A stretch of DNA of 64,000 nt from Tubulanus polymorphus (lineage: Eukaryota; Animalia; Nemertea), in the NCBI RefSeq assembly GCF_964204645.1, contig NC_134035.1, forward strand, positions 12,866,451 to 12,930,450, in the 5' to 3' direction. Numbering within the stretch: position 1 is the first letter of the stretch; each line of letters starts with the position of its first letter. The notes below the pieces were generated by a model. That model saw only the letters and a program-made list of their open reading frames with translations, did no database searches and was not told the origin of the DNA. Shown here in pieces: positions 1-12,600 of the stretch. A program made the translations under genes and the position numbers.

Positions 1-534
1 CTATGAAACCGATGAGAACCGTGGAACTGAATCTCTGTTCATAAGAGCTTGACCCGATAAAACTAGCCACAGACAGATTTCATAGCTTTAAATAAATGTT
101 CTACATGATATCGTATGAAAATATAATATTGAGTATATAATCATTGAAGAAACACTTTGAGTCAGTGTCGTAAAGATAATATAAAATCCCACACATTTAG
201 AATAACGCGAGTCCGAAATGTTTCCTTGAGCTAGTATAGTTTATTTGACGTTTTGATTATATCCTCAATAGTCATCTTCAGAATATTGATGTTGTCCTCA
301 TTATAACCATTGAGGAAACTCTATGAGTCTGTGTAGTGAAGATAATATAAAATCCCTGCACAGTAAGAATAACAAGAGTCTGGACTGTAGATGGCTATAA
401 GGATATTGCCAAAACGTCTAAAAACCTTTCGGATTCGTTCTCGTTTTGCGCGTGTGACATTTTCTCTTAATGATAAAGTATATAATTTATAATAGTGCAA
501 GATGTAAATAGATATTAAACGCGCGCACACTTAC

Positions 535-3500
535 CTAGTTGTATTTAGTTGTTGATTAGTACTATTACTAGAAGTAGTTGTAACAGCACTAGAAGAGGAG
601 GATGGGGGAGATGAACTGGAAGTAGACACGGGCGCCGCTGCCGCTGCTGTAACCGATGATGACGATGATGTCGAAACCGTGGTTGCAGGATGCGTAGCCG
701 TTTTAGATGTAGTTGTCGTGCCGTGGTGCGCCGTATTTTGACTGTTCATATACTGCTCGTAAAGTCTTTGTTCATAATCCTGATGTTTCCTAAAAACCAG
801 AAAAACAACACGTATTATTGATTACCTGTAAATAACCTGTTAGACTCATACGGGCAACAAGCAGCAGCCCTGAACCATCTCCCGTCAGAACCAACCCTCT
901 TCAGTTCGATACCACCGCGCTTCTGACATTGCGAGTTCATTTGTAACGAATGCTTGTGAAGTGTGGACGATCAGTTTCTGAAAGTGTGCTGACAAATGTC
1001 TTATATCTGGTGTTGGTAATTCATTTTCATTCAAAAACATGAAGTTCTGAACACATGTGAAGTGTTGACGATCAGTTTTTGAAAGTGTGCTGACAAATGT
1101 CTTATATCTGGTGTTTATAGTTCATTTTCATTCAAAAACATGAAGTTCTGAACACATGTGAAGTGTAGACGATCAGTTTTTGAAAGTGTGCTGATAAAAT
1201 ATCTAATTGCTATAGGGTTCAAGCTGCAGATCGACGATGCCAGCATTAATTATCTATTTTCTTCTATAATTATTAATTACCCTTGCTGCATTTCCTCTTT
1301 AGTAAAACTAGCAGCCTCTTCACCTAATTCATGCAGATACATACAATCCTAGAAAATAAAACAACAAAATAAAATGCCGAACGTATCAAAACATATAAAT
1401 CGGAATAACTGGTGTTGATTTTCCTTTTCTTACCAGCTTCGGACATTGGGTTCCCTTTAAAAAGTGGCTACAATATTTCGTAGTTCCGAGAGACGCTTTT
1501 AAAGTGCGACTATCGACGTAGACGTTGTTGACGTTTTGAATCGCTTTTAACGCGTCTTCAGCTTTTAAATACGTAACATACGCACCGGCGCTAGGACCCT
1601 GAGATAGAGACACAGTCATTATATACATCATCCGCTGTATGAGCATTCAGATTAACTTCAGATATCATCACAGTTCCCACAGTTATATGAATTAAAAATT
1701 CCCAAGTTTTTCTCAAAGAGATTATTCAATTTTCCCAAATGGCAATGAACAGATACCATTGTACTACAGTCAGCATTTAAGCCGAGATTGGTTGATAAAG
1801 GTGATTTTCAAGGGAAATCACTGAAGAAAGATTCTCTTGGCAAATGCAATACATGAAACAAACATGAATCCCAAATATTTCCCTGATTTGAGGAACATTT
1901 TTCAAATTCCCAAATATTTCCAAACCGGGAATTATTATTTAAAAATTCTCGAAGTTTATTCCAATTTCTCCATTCTGTGGGAACCATAATTATAGCGATT
2001 ATATGATTTCTGAATCTAACGTTTCTTGATTCTATTTATCCAGTATTTATCTAGAGGTCAGGTTTACTTAGGCATTCTATGTAAAGTACGTATGATGTCT
2101 AATCCATATTCCTCATAAACCAGATTAATTTCTTTAATCTTATACGATCCGAATAAAGCTGATTGAGTATTTCTACGATAGGGGTTTTTACAGATCAGGG
2201 ATTCCGAAATTCCATATTTTCCAAATGCTGATAAGATTTAACACATATCTTCAGTGGGAGCTGGTACTTATCAAGAGGTTCCTTGTGTCACTCGTCACCA
2301 GCAAGAACAACAAGACACCAAAACATTCGATATCCCAGATTATATGATAACATATCCTCAGTAGGGGCTGTTTCTTATCAAGAGGTTCCTTGAGCCACTC
2401 GTCACCAGCAAGAACAACAAGACACCAAAACATTCGACATCCCAGATTATATGATAACATATCCTCAGTAGGGGCTGTTTCTTATCAAGAGGATCTTTGT
2501 GTTGCTCGTCACCAACAAGACACCAAAAATTCTCTAGAATTTCAACAAGTCGGAATTTCCAGATTTTCCACGCGAGGAAAATAAATCCGAAATTCTCCGA
2601 TCCGTAAAAACCCGTGTAACGAATGAAATGAATGATAATAATTTACTTACATTGTTTTTACTTACATTAGACTGTGAACCGGCGTACGTTGTACTTTGAT
2701 TGATCACTACTTTATGAATTTTACCGAATTTTCCGAAATATTCGTGTCGTTTGAGAACTTCGGGATCGGCGAGTCGAGGCGATAAACCGACTACGAATAC
2801 CAAGTTCTTCTGAACGACTCTGAATTAGATTCAAATGAAACGTACGTGAATAATTGACATCGCAGAACGAACGCGACGTTGTAAAATGAATTTCACTCAG
2901 TTTAAGTCACACAAAATCGATTGGAACGACATCTCTTGGAACGTATCTCTTGGAACGACATCTCTTGGAACGTATCTCTCCCGTGACAGAATTCCGTTCA
3001 GTTGGTCTGAGGTAAAACGGATAAACATAATTTTCTTCAACTCACCGAACATTTGCCAAATGTTTTCTATTTTCGGCCGCTTTCTGTTTACGTTGATGAT
3101 CTTTCTGACGTCTTTCCTTCTTTATTCTTTGTAACCTACGTAAATCAACGTTCGAAATCGTGAGTTTATTTCCACCGAATAACTCACACACTCCGTCGTC
3201 GTCGTTTGCTTTGACAAGATTTAACAAATTCAGTACGAGAAACCTCGTAAAATCACTTCATAAGGTCACGTTATATTCAACAAAAAATCTTACAAAACCC
3301 GATTTCGAAAGTTTGATCAGATTATCAGAACTCTTAGGACCTTTTCGATCGCGCTCTTTCGTGAGAGGAATTATCTATTACTATTTCTGTTAAAATTGCC
3401 GTGTAGGAAAGTTTCTGCAAATGATTGCATCTTTGGTGATGACAGAAATTTTTTTACAAGAAGAATATTCCTTCTACAGGAAGAGCACAAATAAAAAGAA

Positions 3501-4583
3501 CCTTATAAATACTTTAAAGAAGTTCCAATCTCAAATTACACTTTGAAAGTTGCAGGTTTAGATATAAATAACTTTGAAAAAAAAAATAATTTCTAGCTAA
3601 AAATGCTCCTCCTTTTTTTAAAACATTTCTATCCACTTACTCATCATCTGTCAGGGGTTTAAATTCTGCTGGATTTTCCGGGTAGAGCTAGAAAAAATAT
3701 TCATAAAATCAGGTATTTTGTTTACCTGATAACAATTCCACGTGTACGTAAAGCTAACCTGCTAAGCATTGCACTTACCTTTCGACAAGCTGGACAAAGA
3801 CCATTTTCATATGTTCGAAGTCTGTGCCAACAAAACCGACAAATCTGAAAACGAAATTCAAACATATTCAGACTCATGATTACCATTTCACAGTTTTCGA
3901 GTTTTCCACGCAGTTTTTAAGGAGAAAATCTTAAATTTTGAGGAAGTCTCGGCATCACTTTCATATATCCCAATTACAGACTCCTCCGATCAAGGCATAG
4001 TCAGTACAGCAACATAAATTTCTAATTGCCTATTTCGTAAAAATAGAATTTCTGGCATTTTGCTCGAATTGAAGTTTCAAATTCCTTTAAAAGCATATTC
4101 CGTGTAGAAGGGGGCTTCTATTTAAGAAATCAAGCAGTCGTATTGACCCTGAGCGATGAAGCAAACAGTTCTCAGTGAAAATTTGACTCTTAAGGTTTAA
4201 GCGCTGGAAATATACTAATTCTGATCCACAACTATGGAACAACTGTGTGTCGTTCTCCTGAAACGTACCTGATAGCCACATGTGCATGGATAAAAACTCA
4301 GATCATCCATCTCTAACGGCTCCATACACAATGGGCACTGTAAAAATAAATAATAATACGCAACATTGATTGAGTTAGACATAATTCAAATAACAGGCAA
4401 GTTGAATTAAGATGTCTCACGATAGAATAAAATTTTTTATGATCAAATTTATTCGACGAAAAAAAATTATATTGTTGGACTTAAACAGTTCACGTGGCAC
4501 TGATTGGAATGCTTTATTCGACTACCTCCCACAAGCCTGACATGTTGAATGCTTACCTCAATTTGTTCTTCTCCTCCGGACAT
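535..4583 (-). CDS. CNOT4: CCR4-NOT subunit 4 (RING E3 ligase with RRM and C3H1 zinc finger), 3'-partial
   Basis: Coding exons (minus): 4583-4557, 4337-4269, 3844-3779, 3687-3641, 3135-3046, 2819-2666, 1598-1434, 1348-1281, 789-535, all GT-AG and phase-compatible. Translation MSGGEEQIE-CPLCMEPLEMDDLSFYPCTCGYQ-ICRFCWHRLRTYENGLCPACRK (C4C4 RING) ... VVQKNLVFVVGLSPRLADPEVLK ... ASLGTTKYCSHFLKGTQCPKL-DCMYLHELGEEAASFTKEEMQQGKH matches CNOT4. The last exon ends at a donor, so the gene continues towards or past position 1. Confidence 0.96.
955..1200. repeat. ~100-bp tandem repeat (about 2.5 copies) of a dispersed family
   Basis: Unit gtgaagtgtggacgatcagtttctgaaagtgtgctgacaaatgtc...; reverse-complement copies at ~58570-58625, 61040-61215 and 62040-62105, and a fragment at ~16045-16075. 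Confidence 0.85.
1672..1987. mobile_element. Non-autonomous TIR element (MITE) in a CNOT4 intron
   Basis: Ends cagttcccacag ... ctgtgggaaccat; an inverted related copy lies at ~55622-55940 in a JMJD6 intron. Confidence 0.65.
2245..2530. repeat. ~107-bp tandem repeat (about 3 copies)
   Basis: Unit ctcagtaggggctgtttcttatcaagaggttccttg...caccagcaagaacaacaagacacc; an inverted copy occurs at ~8510-8740. Confidence 0.85.
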
Positions 4584-5539
4584 TTTTGATTTGATTTCGT
4601 CTTTCGTCTAAGCTGAACAAAGTCTACCTAGAAAATGAATTAGATGTCAGAGAATTAGCCAGGGTTCAAGCAAACCTCGGCGAAGGGTTGCTGGTCGTGC
4701 CACAGGGTCCTGCAGGTTACAACAAAGTTCTGAAAGGCTTTGAATTTAGTTCTGTTTATATATAATACTGGACTCTGTTTTATTCAGTTTTAAACTAAAT
4801 CTCGACTTAGTGGTCAAACAATTGGAAATGGTATATAAGACATATCTAAGAAATGTTTATTTACCATGGACAAGACACACAGTGACAGGCTACAGTAACT
4901 AAATAAATAAGCCAGAAAGTAATCAATTCATAAAAGTATTAGAGTCGAAATGTCAAAAGTCAAGGAAGTAAATGCCAGGCATTGTACAGTTCAATTCTCA
5001 ATACTTTACTGAAAAGAAAAAACACTTTCAGAAGAAACAATGATTTCTTCAAACAACTGAATAATTGAATATGAGTCAGCATTCAATCTTATGACTATAT
5101 CATGTATTTATGACTGACTTCCTTTTTCCCAGAGTTCCAACATTTACTTTTACTTTATAGTTTTGGCAAGTGTCCAACACTCGGTATTTTCTCATCCCCT
5201 GGCTAAACACGACACTCCAAAAATACATTTACTAAAAGGTGGTCAGTTGAATTCAGCGGTTCACGCCCTTAAATTAAACACAGTCAATCGACTGAGAATG
5301 TGTGTGTGTGTAATACATTCATTTCCGGGTCGGGATTATTTTTGACAGATCGGAAATTCGCGATTTTCCGACTCATTTTACTGGAATTTCGGTTGAATTC
5401 AAGGCTCAATTTCAACCGGACCTCGCTTATATGAACACCAGGTAGTTCTTGTTTCTATCCTACTGGGTCTAACGTTTAGTAAACCCGGTTGAAATAGCTA
5501 AAAATATCCGTAAAATACCTTAAAAATCGCGTGAAGTTT

Positions 5540-5905
5540 CACCTAAAACCAGCAGCAGTGTGCGCATGCGTCGAAGTCCCGGATGAGTGACACGGAACAC
5601 TCACTTGCCGCAGCTCACTCGATTCTCTGTTCCGATTGTTCCGATTAGGGTAGGAACTGTGTGGGTTAGGGTCAGCGACCTCAGACCGCGTCGCAATCCG
5701 AGGTCTAGTGAGTCCGGTTCGTAATCCGTTCTTGCGGTCGAATACTCGCTTACCCCTGATCCCCTTCTCGCGCAGGTTCCGAGAAATAGTGAAGGACTCG
5801 CCACAATGGAATTGTCGCTGGTGGTTCATTAGACAGTTCATGTTAATTGATCACTGAATGAGACGAGACCCTTCTTAAAAACTCAGACAGTAATTAATAA
5901 TCCGT
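5540..5905. promoter_or_regulatory. Putative bidirectional promoter shared by CNOT4 and USP44/49
   Basis: CpG-rich patch between the divergent genes. NRF1-type palindrome tgcgcatgcg at 5561-5570. Candidate non-coding first-exon donors at ~5542 (minus) and ~5904 (plus, gtgagt). Confidence 0.6.
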
Positions 5906-6539
5906 GAGTTTCTTTGTTAATCACTAATTAAGGAAACGAATGTTATTTCGAATTAAACTCTGATCCTTCAAGAAGTCAATGCAAATTGCTGCTGAGGAAG
6001 TTTTTTTTTCTTTTTTTAATATGTATGACTCAAAGAAAGATGATATCTTCTAATTGTGAATCTTGATCGAGATATCAATTTTGGTGCGTGTGAAATTTAG
6101 CCACCAGCACCATGGTCTATTATGGGTTGAAATATGAATTAAAGAAACTGTGCAAGGCTGTGGTTGTGTCGGGCGCTCCGGCGGGCCCGGGTCCCGAGCA
6201 TTTATTCAAACATTCATCAGCCCAGAACAGAAAGATTCTATTGGGTAGAATTTTTTACCTGATTGTTAGTGGTCATTAATAATCGGATAAACCATTTAAA
6301 CTCAAACACTGACCAAGACCTAGGGCGGCTAGAAGTCAGTAACCTGTCTGTGGTTTAGTTTCACGATCGGATATTTTCACAAACCACGCCCGTCCAATTA
6401 TAAAAAGCTTACTACCGACCATAAGTTAACTAGCTAGAACTCGGGGTACCCCTCATAAAGAACCTCTCTGGTATAACTCTATATAGACTACTATTTCTGT
6501 TTACAGACTTTACCGCGATGAAGAAGAGAATTCTACACT

Positions 6540-6557
6540 GAGAAAGAGAGAGAGAGG

Positions 6558-6590
<33 letters not shown>

Positions 6591-6592
6591 TG
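6540..6592 (+). repeat. (GA)n microsatellite in the USP44/49 5' UTR exon
   Basis: A GA run between the acceptor at ~6505 and the ATG at 6612. Confidence 0.85.
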
Positions 6593-6611
6593 AGGGTTAC
6601 AGACTGAAAGA

Positions 6612-9600
6612 ATGGATAATTGTAAACATGTGGTTAAAATAAATCCAGCAAGAGATCATTCGATATTAAATCCACAGAAATGGTTATGTAATACGTGCGG
6701 TACTACTGAAAGTGTTTGGGTAAGTTAGCCTTGCCCTTTGGGGGGGGGGGGGGTTAGCCGTAACCCCTTGACCTCCGGGGATTAGTTATCCAATTCCTGG
6801 GGTCCATTATCATGCAGAAAACTATAAATCTCAGATCAATTTATTTTCTTCATTTATTTGGTATCAAAACAAATTCATAAAATTATCATCTATTCAAATA
6901 GTAAAACTTTCGCTTAAAATGTTCTGTAAATTTCTGTCGATTTTCCTGCGTTGTATTAAAATGATTGGTTTGTTGTTTGATTAAAGGCGTGTTTAAGTTG
7001 TGCTCACGTCGCTTGTGGAAGATACAATGAAGAACACGCTCTACAGCATTATCAAGATACGAAACATCCACTGGCGCTTGAGGTCAACGAAAAATATGTT
7101 TACTGGTAAGAGCCGTTGTGAGAAATCCAATTGAAAATGTCAATTGTCAATGCGTTGACCGTACATTGATTCGCTTAAACCAACTTCTGAGCGGCCCCAG
7201 GGCCGAGTTTCACGAAAAAGTTTAAGCCTAAAACGGTTTAGTTTGAATTGTTGTCCTCATTGAAAACATGAAGTAACCAATGGCAATTACACCAAAAATT
7301 TGAGTTAAACTTTTTTGTGAAACTGGGCCCAAGTCAATATTCGATACTCAGTTGAAACTGAAAATACTCTTTAAGCTGAAACCGTATCATAAAATTGAAC
7401 CTATTGCTGTTTAATGTTTCGAATTAGACCTTCGCTAATAATCAGCTTAACTAATTTATCAATTTTCAATATTGGGGTTCTACGTAGAATTCGACTTGTG
7501 CCTTTTAACATTTTAAGTTGATTCTGTGTGATGAAGCTGGAGCTAAATGTTGATTCTGTTTGATGAAGCTGGAGCTAAATGTTGATTCTGTTTGATGAAG
7601 CTGGAGCTAAATGTTGATTCTGTTTGATGAAGCTGGAGCTAAATGTTGAAATGTTTGATGATTATTTTGTAGTTATGAATGTGAGGATTATGTATTGAAT
7701 GATAACGCGGCCGGTGATATTAAACTGCTTCGTACGACGTTGAAAGCGATCGCGTCTCAAAGTTTCAACGACAACGACCTTGCCAGTCGCGGCAGACGCT
7801 TCCTCAGGTCGAGGTCGTTCCCCGGCTGCGTTCAACGGTAAGATGATATTCCGGAGAAAAATTGTTGAAACTAAAACGGTAAAAGGGGCTGGAAAAGTTA
7901 GTCTGGTCTGAGATATGGATCAGGATGTTACGTAGGAAACTAGTTATAAAGTTTGTTGGAAAGAGGAGTGAGCTTTCATCGCTCTTATTTCTACATCCAC
8001 CAAAAATCTTCTACCTGTTTTCAAAAACCTGATGCTTGGACCTCTATTAATGCCCACATGTTCTATCAATGCTGATAATTGTTTTGTAAAGAAGTCAGTA
8101 AATGTGACTGATAGCAGCAGATTGCACTAATATTCAGTTTATTTTTCAATAGTTTGATCTATGAATTCAAACCGAGCAACTTCAGAATTAACGATGATTA
8201 TCACACAAAAATGGGACAGCCCTTCTAAAGTATTAACCATATGGAGAAAACTAGTTCAGAATATTTGTTTTGTTGGCGGAAACGTCAGATGTTTATAAAA
8301 TTGATGTTTTATTGTAGAGTCGATTCTCAACTACAAGATAAAGATCGTTGTTACACGGCGCTGTGGCATCGTAGACAAGTTCTACTGGGAAAAACATTCA
8401 ATCAATGGAGAGAGAACGTTCGACAAATTCGCCATCCACACGTGAGTAATAACTATCAATTAGGGTCGTAAAGAAACTTTTTTTGAAAATCGCTCAGGGA
8501 ATTTGAGTTTTTGATGTCTTGTTGTTTTTGTTGGTGACGAGTGGCACAAGGAACCTCTTGATAAAAACAGTCCCCATTGAGGATATCTTATGATTTAATC
8601 AAGATATATGAATTTTCTGTGTTTTGTTGTTCTTGCTGGTGATAAGTGGCGCAATTTGGCCCCCCCCCCCCACTGAGAGTATGATGAGAGGCACAAGGAA
8701 CCTCTTGATAAGAAGCAGCCCTCACTGAGGATATCTGATAATTTTAGTTGGGGTATTTTTGGTGCGCAGTAAGAACTTTCATCAATTTTTCAGTCATGAA
8801 GCGTAATTTACATATCATCTATTGTTGTCGTTGTCTATGAGAAAAGTTTTGATGAATCTTTTGAAATAAACGAATTTATTTACAGGTCGACGATGAGCCG
8901 ATATCAGAACCACCGGGAGCGAATCACGTTTATACGAACTCCGGCAGAGGTGGCGCCACTAGTCTGAGAAAGAAACGTACGATTATCCCGGGCGTAACCG
9001 GATTACGTAACCTCGGCAACACGTGTTACATGAACGCTATATTACAAGTACTCAGGTACCTGTATGTATAATTTAATACTGATATAAATCTAATTGTTGT
9101 CTCATGCACCACGCTGCACCACTCTCAGCATGTATGTACTTAAATATCGCACTTCTTATTTCGATACTCAAATATTTGATTTAAATTTCAGTTTGAAAAT
9201 TTCAGATCAATATATTTGAGTGAAACTTCCGTTTGAAAATTTCAGATCAATGACATCCCTTACAGACAGAATCATCTGTTGTATCTGTTCATTTTGATAA
9301 ATCAAAAAGATGTTATTGTGATTGTGAATTCACTTCTCTCAGAAGCTGATCCCTCTTTCTTTTATTGATTTCCGTTGAAAGTTCATCTTTGTTGCTTTGA
9401 ATTTTGATGTAGGGCTTCGACAAGTTTCGCAAGTTGATTTAGTTCCAGTTAACCCAGGTTGGCCACATAGCTGGACATCAGGGGATTTTCTTTTCTGCAA
9501 AAAAGTCTGGGAATTTTAAAAAAAGCTCAATTCCAGGAATATTGAAGGGAGATTTGTTGAGATTGCAAGGTCGCATGTAAAATCAGATCTTACGTATTTG

Positions 9601-12600
9601 ACTGTCTTTATTGATTGGATTCTTAGCAGATCAAATCAGAGAAAATTATGTACACGTCAGGGAAAGAGCATGTCAAATAGAGGTGTCTTCCCTGTAACCA
9701 TAGCAACAATAGTTATCTAGTGGTTAACTTGAACTAATAACTGTTGAGCAACAGAAACCTTTGTCGATGTTTAATTGTAAATGAAAACTACTCAAAAATC
9801 TAACTGATAAAAGCTGATGAGAAAGATGAATATGATGGTAGTAATTCACTAATTTCTTTTCAGTCATTTACCGGAGTTTAAAGATTACATGTCGGACTCT
9901 GAATCGAGTAATACTCGTAATACACGTAGCGCCACCTCTCCGGTAACTCCTGTTCGTCAATCTCCACGGTTACAGCGTCAAACTACTGTTGAATGTTTCG
10001 AGGTACGTTTTCTTACAATTACGTGAAATCTGTAACAACCTTGATGCGAGGTCCCTAGGGCTCCTTGATTCATTAAAAACTACTTCGAAATTGAAATTGC
10101 TTGAAGCTCCTTCACTTTGAACAAAGGGTCCAAAACTCCTTTTGAATTTTTTTCACCCAAACCAACACAAACCAACTTTAGGTAGTGAAAAGGATAGAAA
10201 TTTGCTTACAAAGTGAAGAGATAATCAGGACCCATTTAGGAGTCTTCAGTTATCCTTATATCCAGGACTGACTGATCTGTAGGGACCCTATGTGCAAGTA
10301 GTAACTCTTGAAATCTTGTTTATTTGCAGCAAGCGACTTCGACCCCGTTAAGGAAAATGGGTTTGAACGGTGGAGGTACAACAACAACTCATAACAATAT
10401 CATACAAAAAAGTCCGACTGATACTAAATCTACTAAAGAGGCTGTGTAAGTGTTAGATGATCACTGATTGGTCTAATGGTTCTCCAACAGTCTCTGATTG
10501 GTCCACTGGTTCCCAGGCAGTCACTGATTGGTCCACTGGTTCCCACGCAGTCACTGATTGGTCCTCTTGTTTTCCAAGCAGTCACTGATTGATCCACTGG
10601 TTCCCAAACAGTCACTGATTGGTCCATTGGTTCCCAAACAGTCACTGATTGGTCCACTGGTTCCCCAACAGTCACTGATTGGTCTATGGTTCTCATCAGA
10701 TCGTCACTGATTGGTTATTTGTATATATTTTCAGATCATTATGTAATGAATTACACGTACTATTAAGAGTAATGTGGTCTGGTCAATGGGCGATCGTCAG
10801 CCCTCAATCTATGTTACACGCTGTATGGAATGTTATTCCGTTCTTTCGAGGTTATTCTCAACAGGACGCGCAGGAATTTCTATGGTAAGTAAAACAATTC
10901 ACTGTATAGAACTAACGAGATCCAGTTCGACAACTGCGCATTCAACCTTGAGGCGTATCTCTTACCAAAATCATAGAATAACCCTTAAGCTTTAAATGCG
11001 GAGAATGGATTGTACAACTATTTTGCAACGAGTTTTCCGTTTTTCTAATCGTCTCATTTCATTCATGTATTTCACTTTCAGCGAAGTTCTCGATAAAGTC
11101 GAAAACGAAATTGAGAAAAACAGTCGAAAAATTCGAAATCGTCGTTCGTCTAATAATACTCCATCGAATCTAATAACGGCTTTATTTCAAGGGCAGCTCG
11201 TTAGTCAGGTAGGCATTACTCATAAACATGTCTTCATTTTATTGAATTTCCAATTCACTAAGGATCCAGTTCGGCAATTCATGGTTAAGGTTTCAGGTTG
11301 GCCACTGATCTGGAAAACTCAGGCAATCTTAGAACTCTGGAAATTTTTGACCTAGGAATTTCTCCGTTTCACTCGTCTCGGGGAATTTTGTGTAGTCACT
11401 TGGAAAAGTCGGGGAAAACTCGAAATTTGTAAATGGGTGGAAAGTGGCCAATCTGAGTTAGTTATTTCAAATGTTTTAACTCCAAATCGGGTCCCGATGT
11501 TAATTTACGTTGAATGTAATTCATTTTCAGCTCACGTGTCAGAATTGTAAGAAAATCAGCGAAACTAAAGAACCATTCCAAGATCTATCGTTAGAATTTC
11601 CTGACCGGTATCAACTGGTCAGTGGTTCGACTATGTTATCTCAGGAGAGCTGTCATTTAACCGGTCAGTCAATCGGCTAACTCTGATGACTCGTTGTAGC
11701 TACAATTCTAATTATCATATTGAACTCTGAAGTTTTTGATTGTTTTTGTTCGCAGAAATGCTCGCTAAATTTACAGACGTAGAAGATTTAGAAGATGATG
11801 CTCCTATTTATGAGTGTTCAAAGTGCAATAGTAAGTTAACTCTTCACTATCCCCCCAAACTCTTCACTCTCCCTCTGACTCTTCTCTTCTATCCAATCCA
11901 TTCTTTCGTCACTCATTGTAATCACACATGATCCCATCCCTTCTCCTTTCCTCTCTAGGTATCTCTACTCTCCCTCTGACTCTTCTCTCAGTCCATTCTT
12001 TCATCACTCATTGTAATCACACATGATCCCATCCCTTCCTTTCTCCTCTCTAGATATCTCCACTCTCTTTCCCTTCTGCTCTCCAGTTCTTCTTTCCCTT
12101 CAGTTCTCTATTTCCATTCTCTCAGTCCATTCTTTCATCACTCATTGTAATCACACATGATCTCATCCCTTCCTTTCTCCTCTCTAGATATCTCCACTCT
12201 CTTTCCCTTCTGCATTCCAGTTCTTCTTTCCCTTCAGTTCTCTATTTCCATTCTCTCAGTCCATTCTTTCATCACTCATTGTAATCACACATGATCTCAT
12301 CCCTTCCTTTCTCCTCTCTAGATATCTCCACTCTCTTTCCCTTCTGCCTTCCAGTTCTTCTTTCCCTTCAGTTCTCTATTTCCATTCTCTCAGTCCATTC
12401 TTTCATCACTCATTGTAATCACACATGATCTCATCCCTTCTCCTTTCCTCTCTAGGTATCTCTACTCTCCCTCTGACTCTTCTCTCAGTCCATTCTTTCA
12501 TCACTCATTGTAATCACACATGATCCCATCCCTTCCTTTCTCCTCTCTAGATATCTCCACTCTCTTTCCCTTCTGCTCTCCAGTTCTTCTTTCCCTTCAG

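Noticed and set aside
1-530. Further CNOT4 exons or ORF 321-530
   Set aside because: No recognisable CNOT4 motif or unambiguous splice pair; the low-complexity CNOT4 C-terminus cannot be placed by eye.
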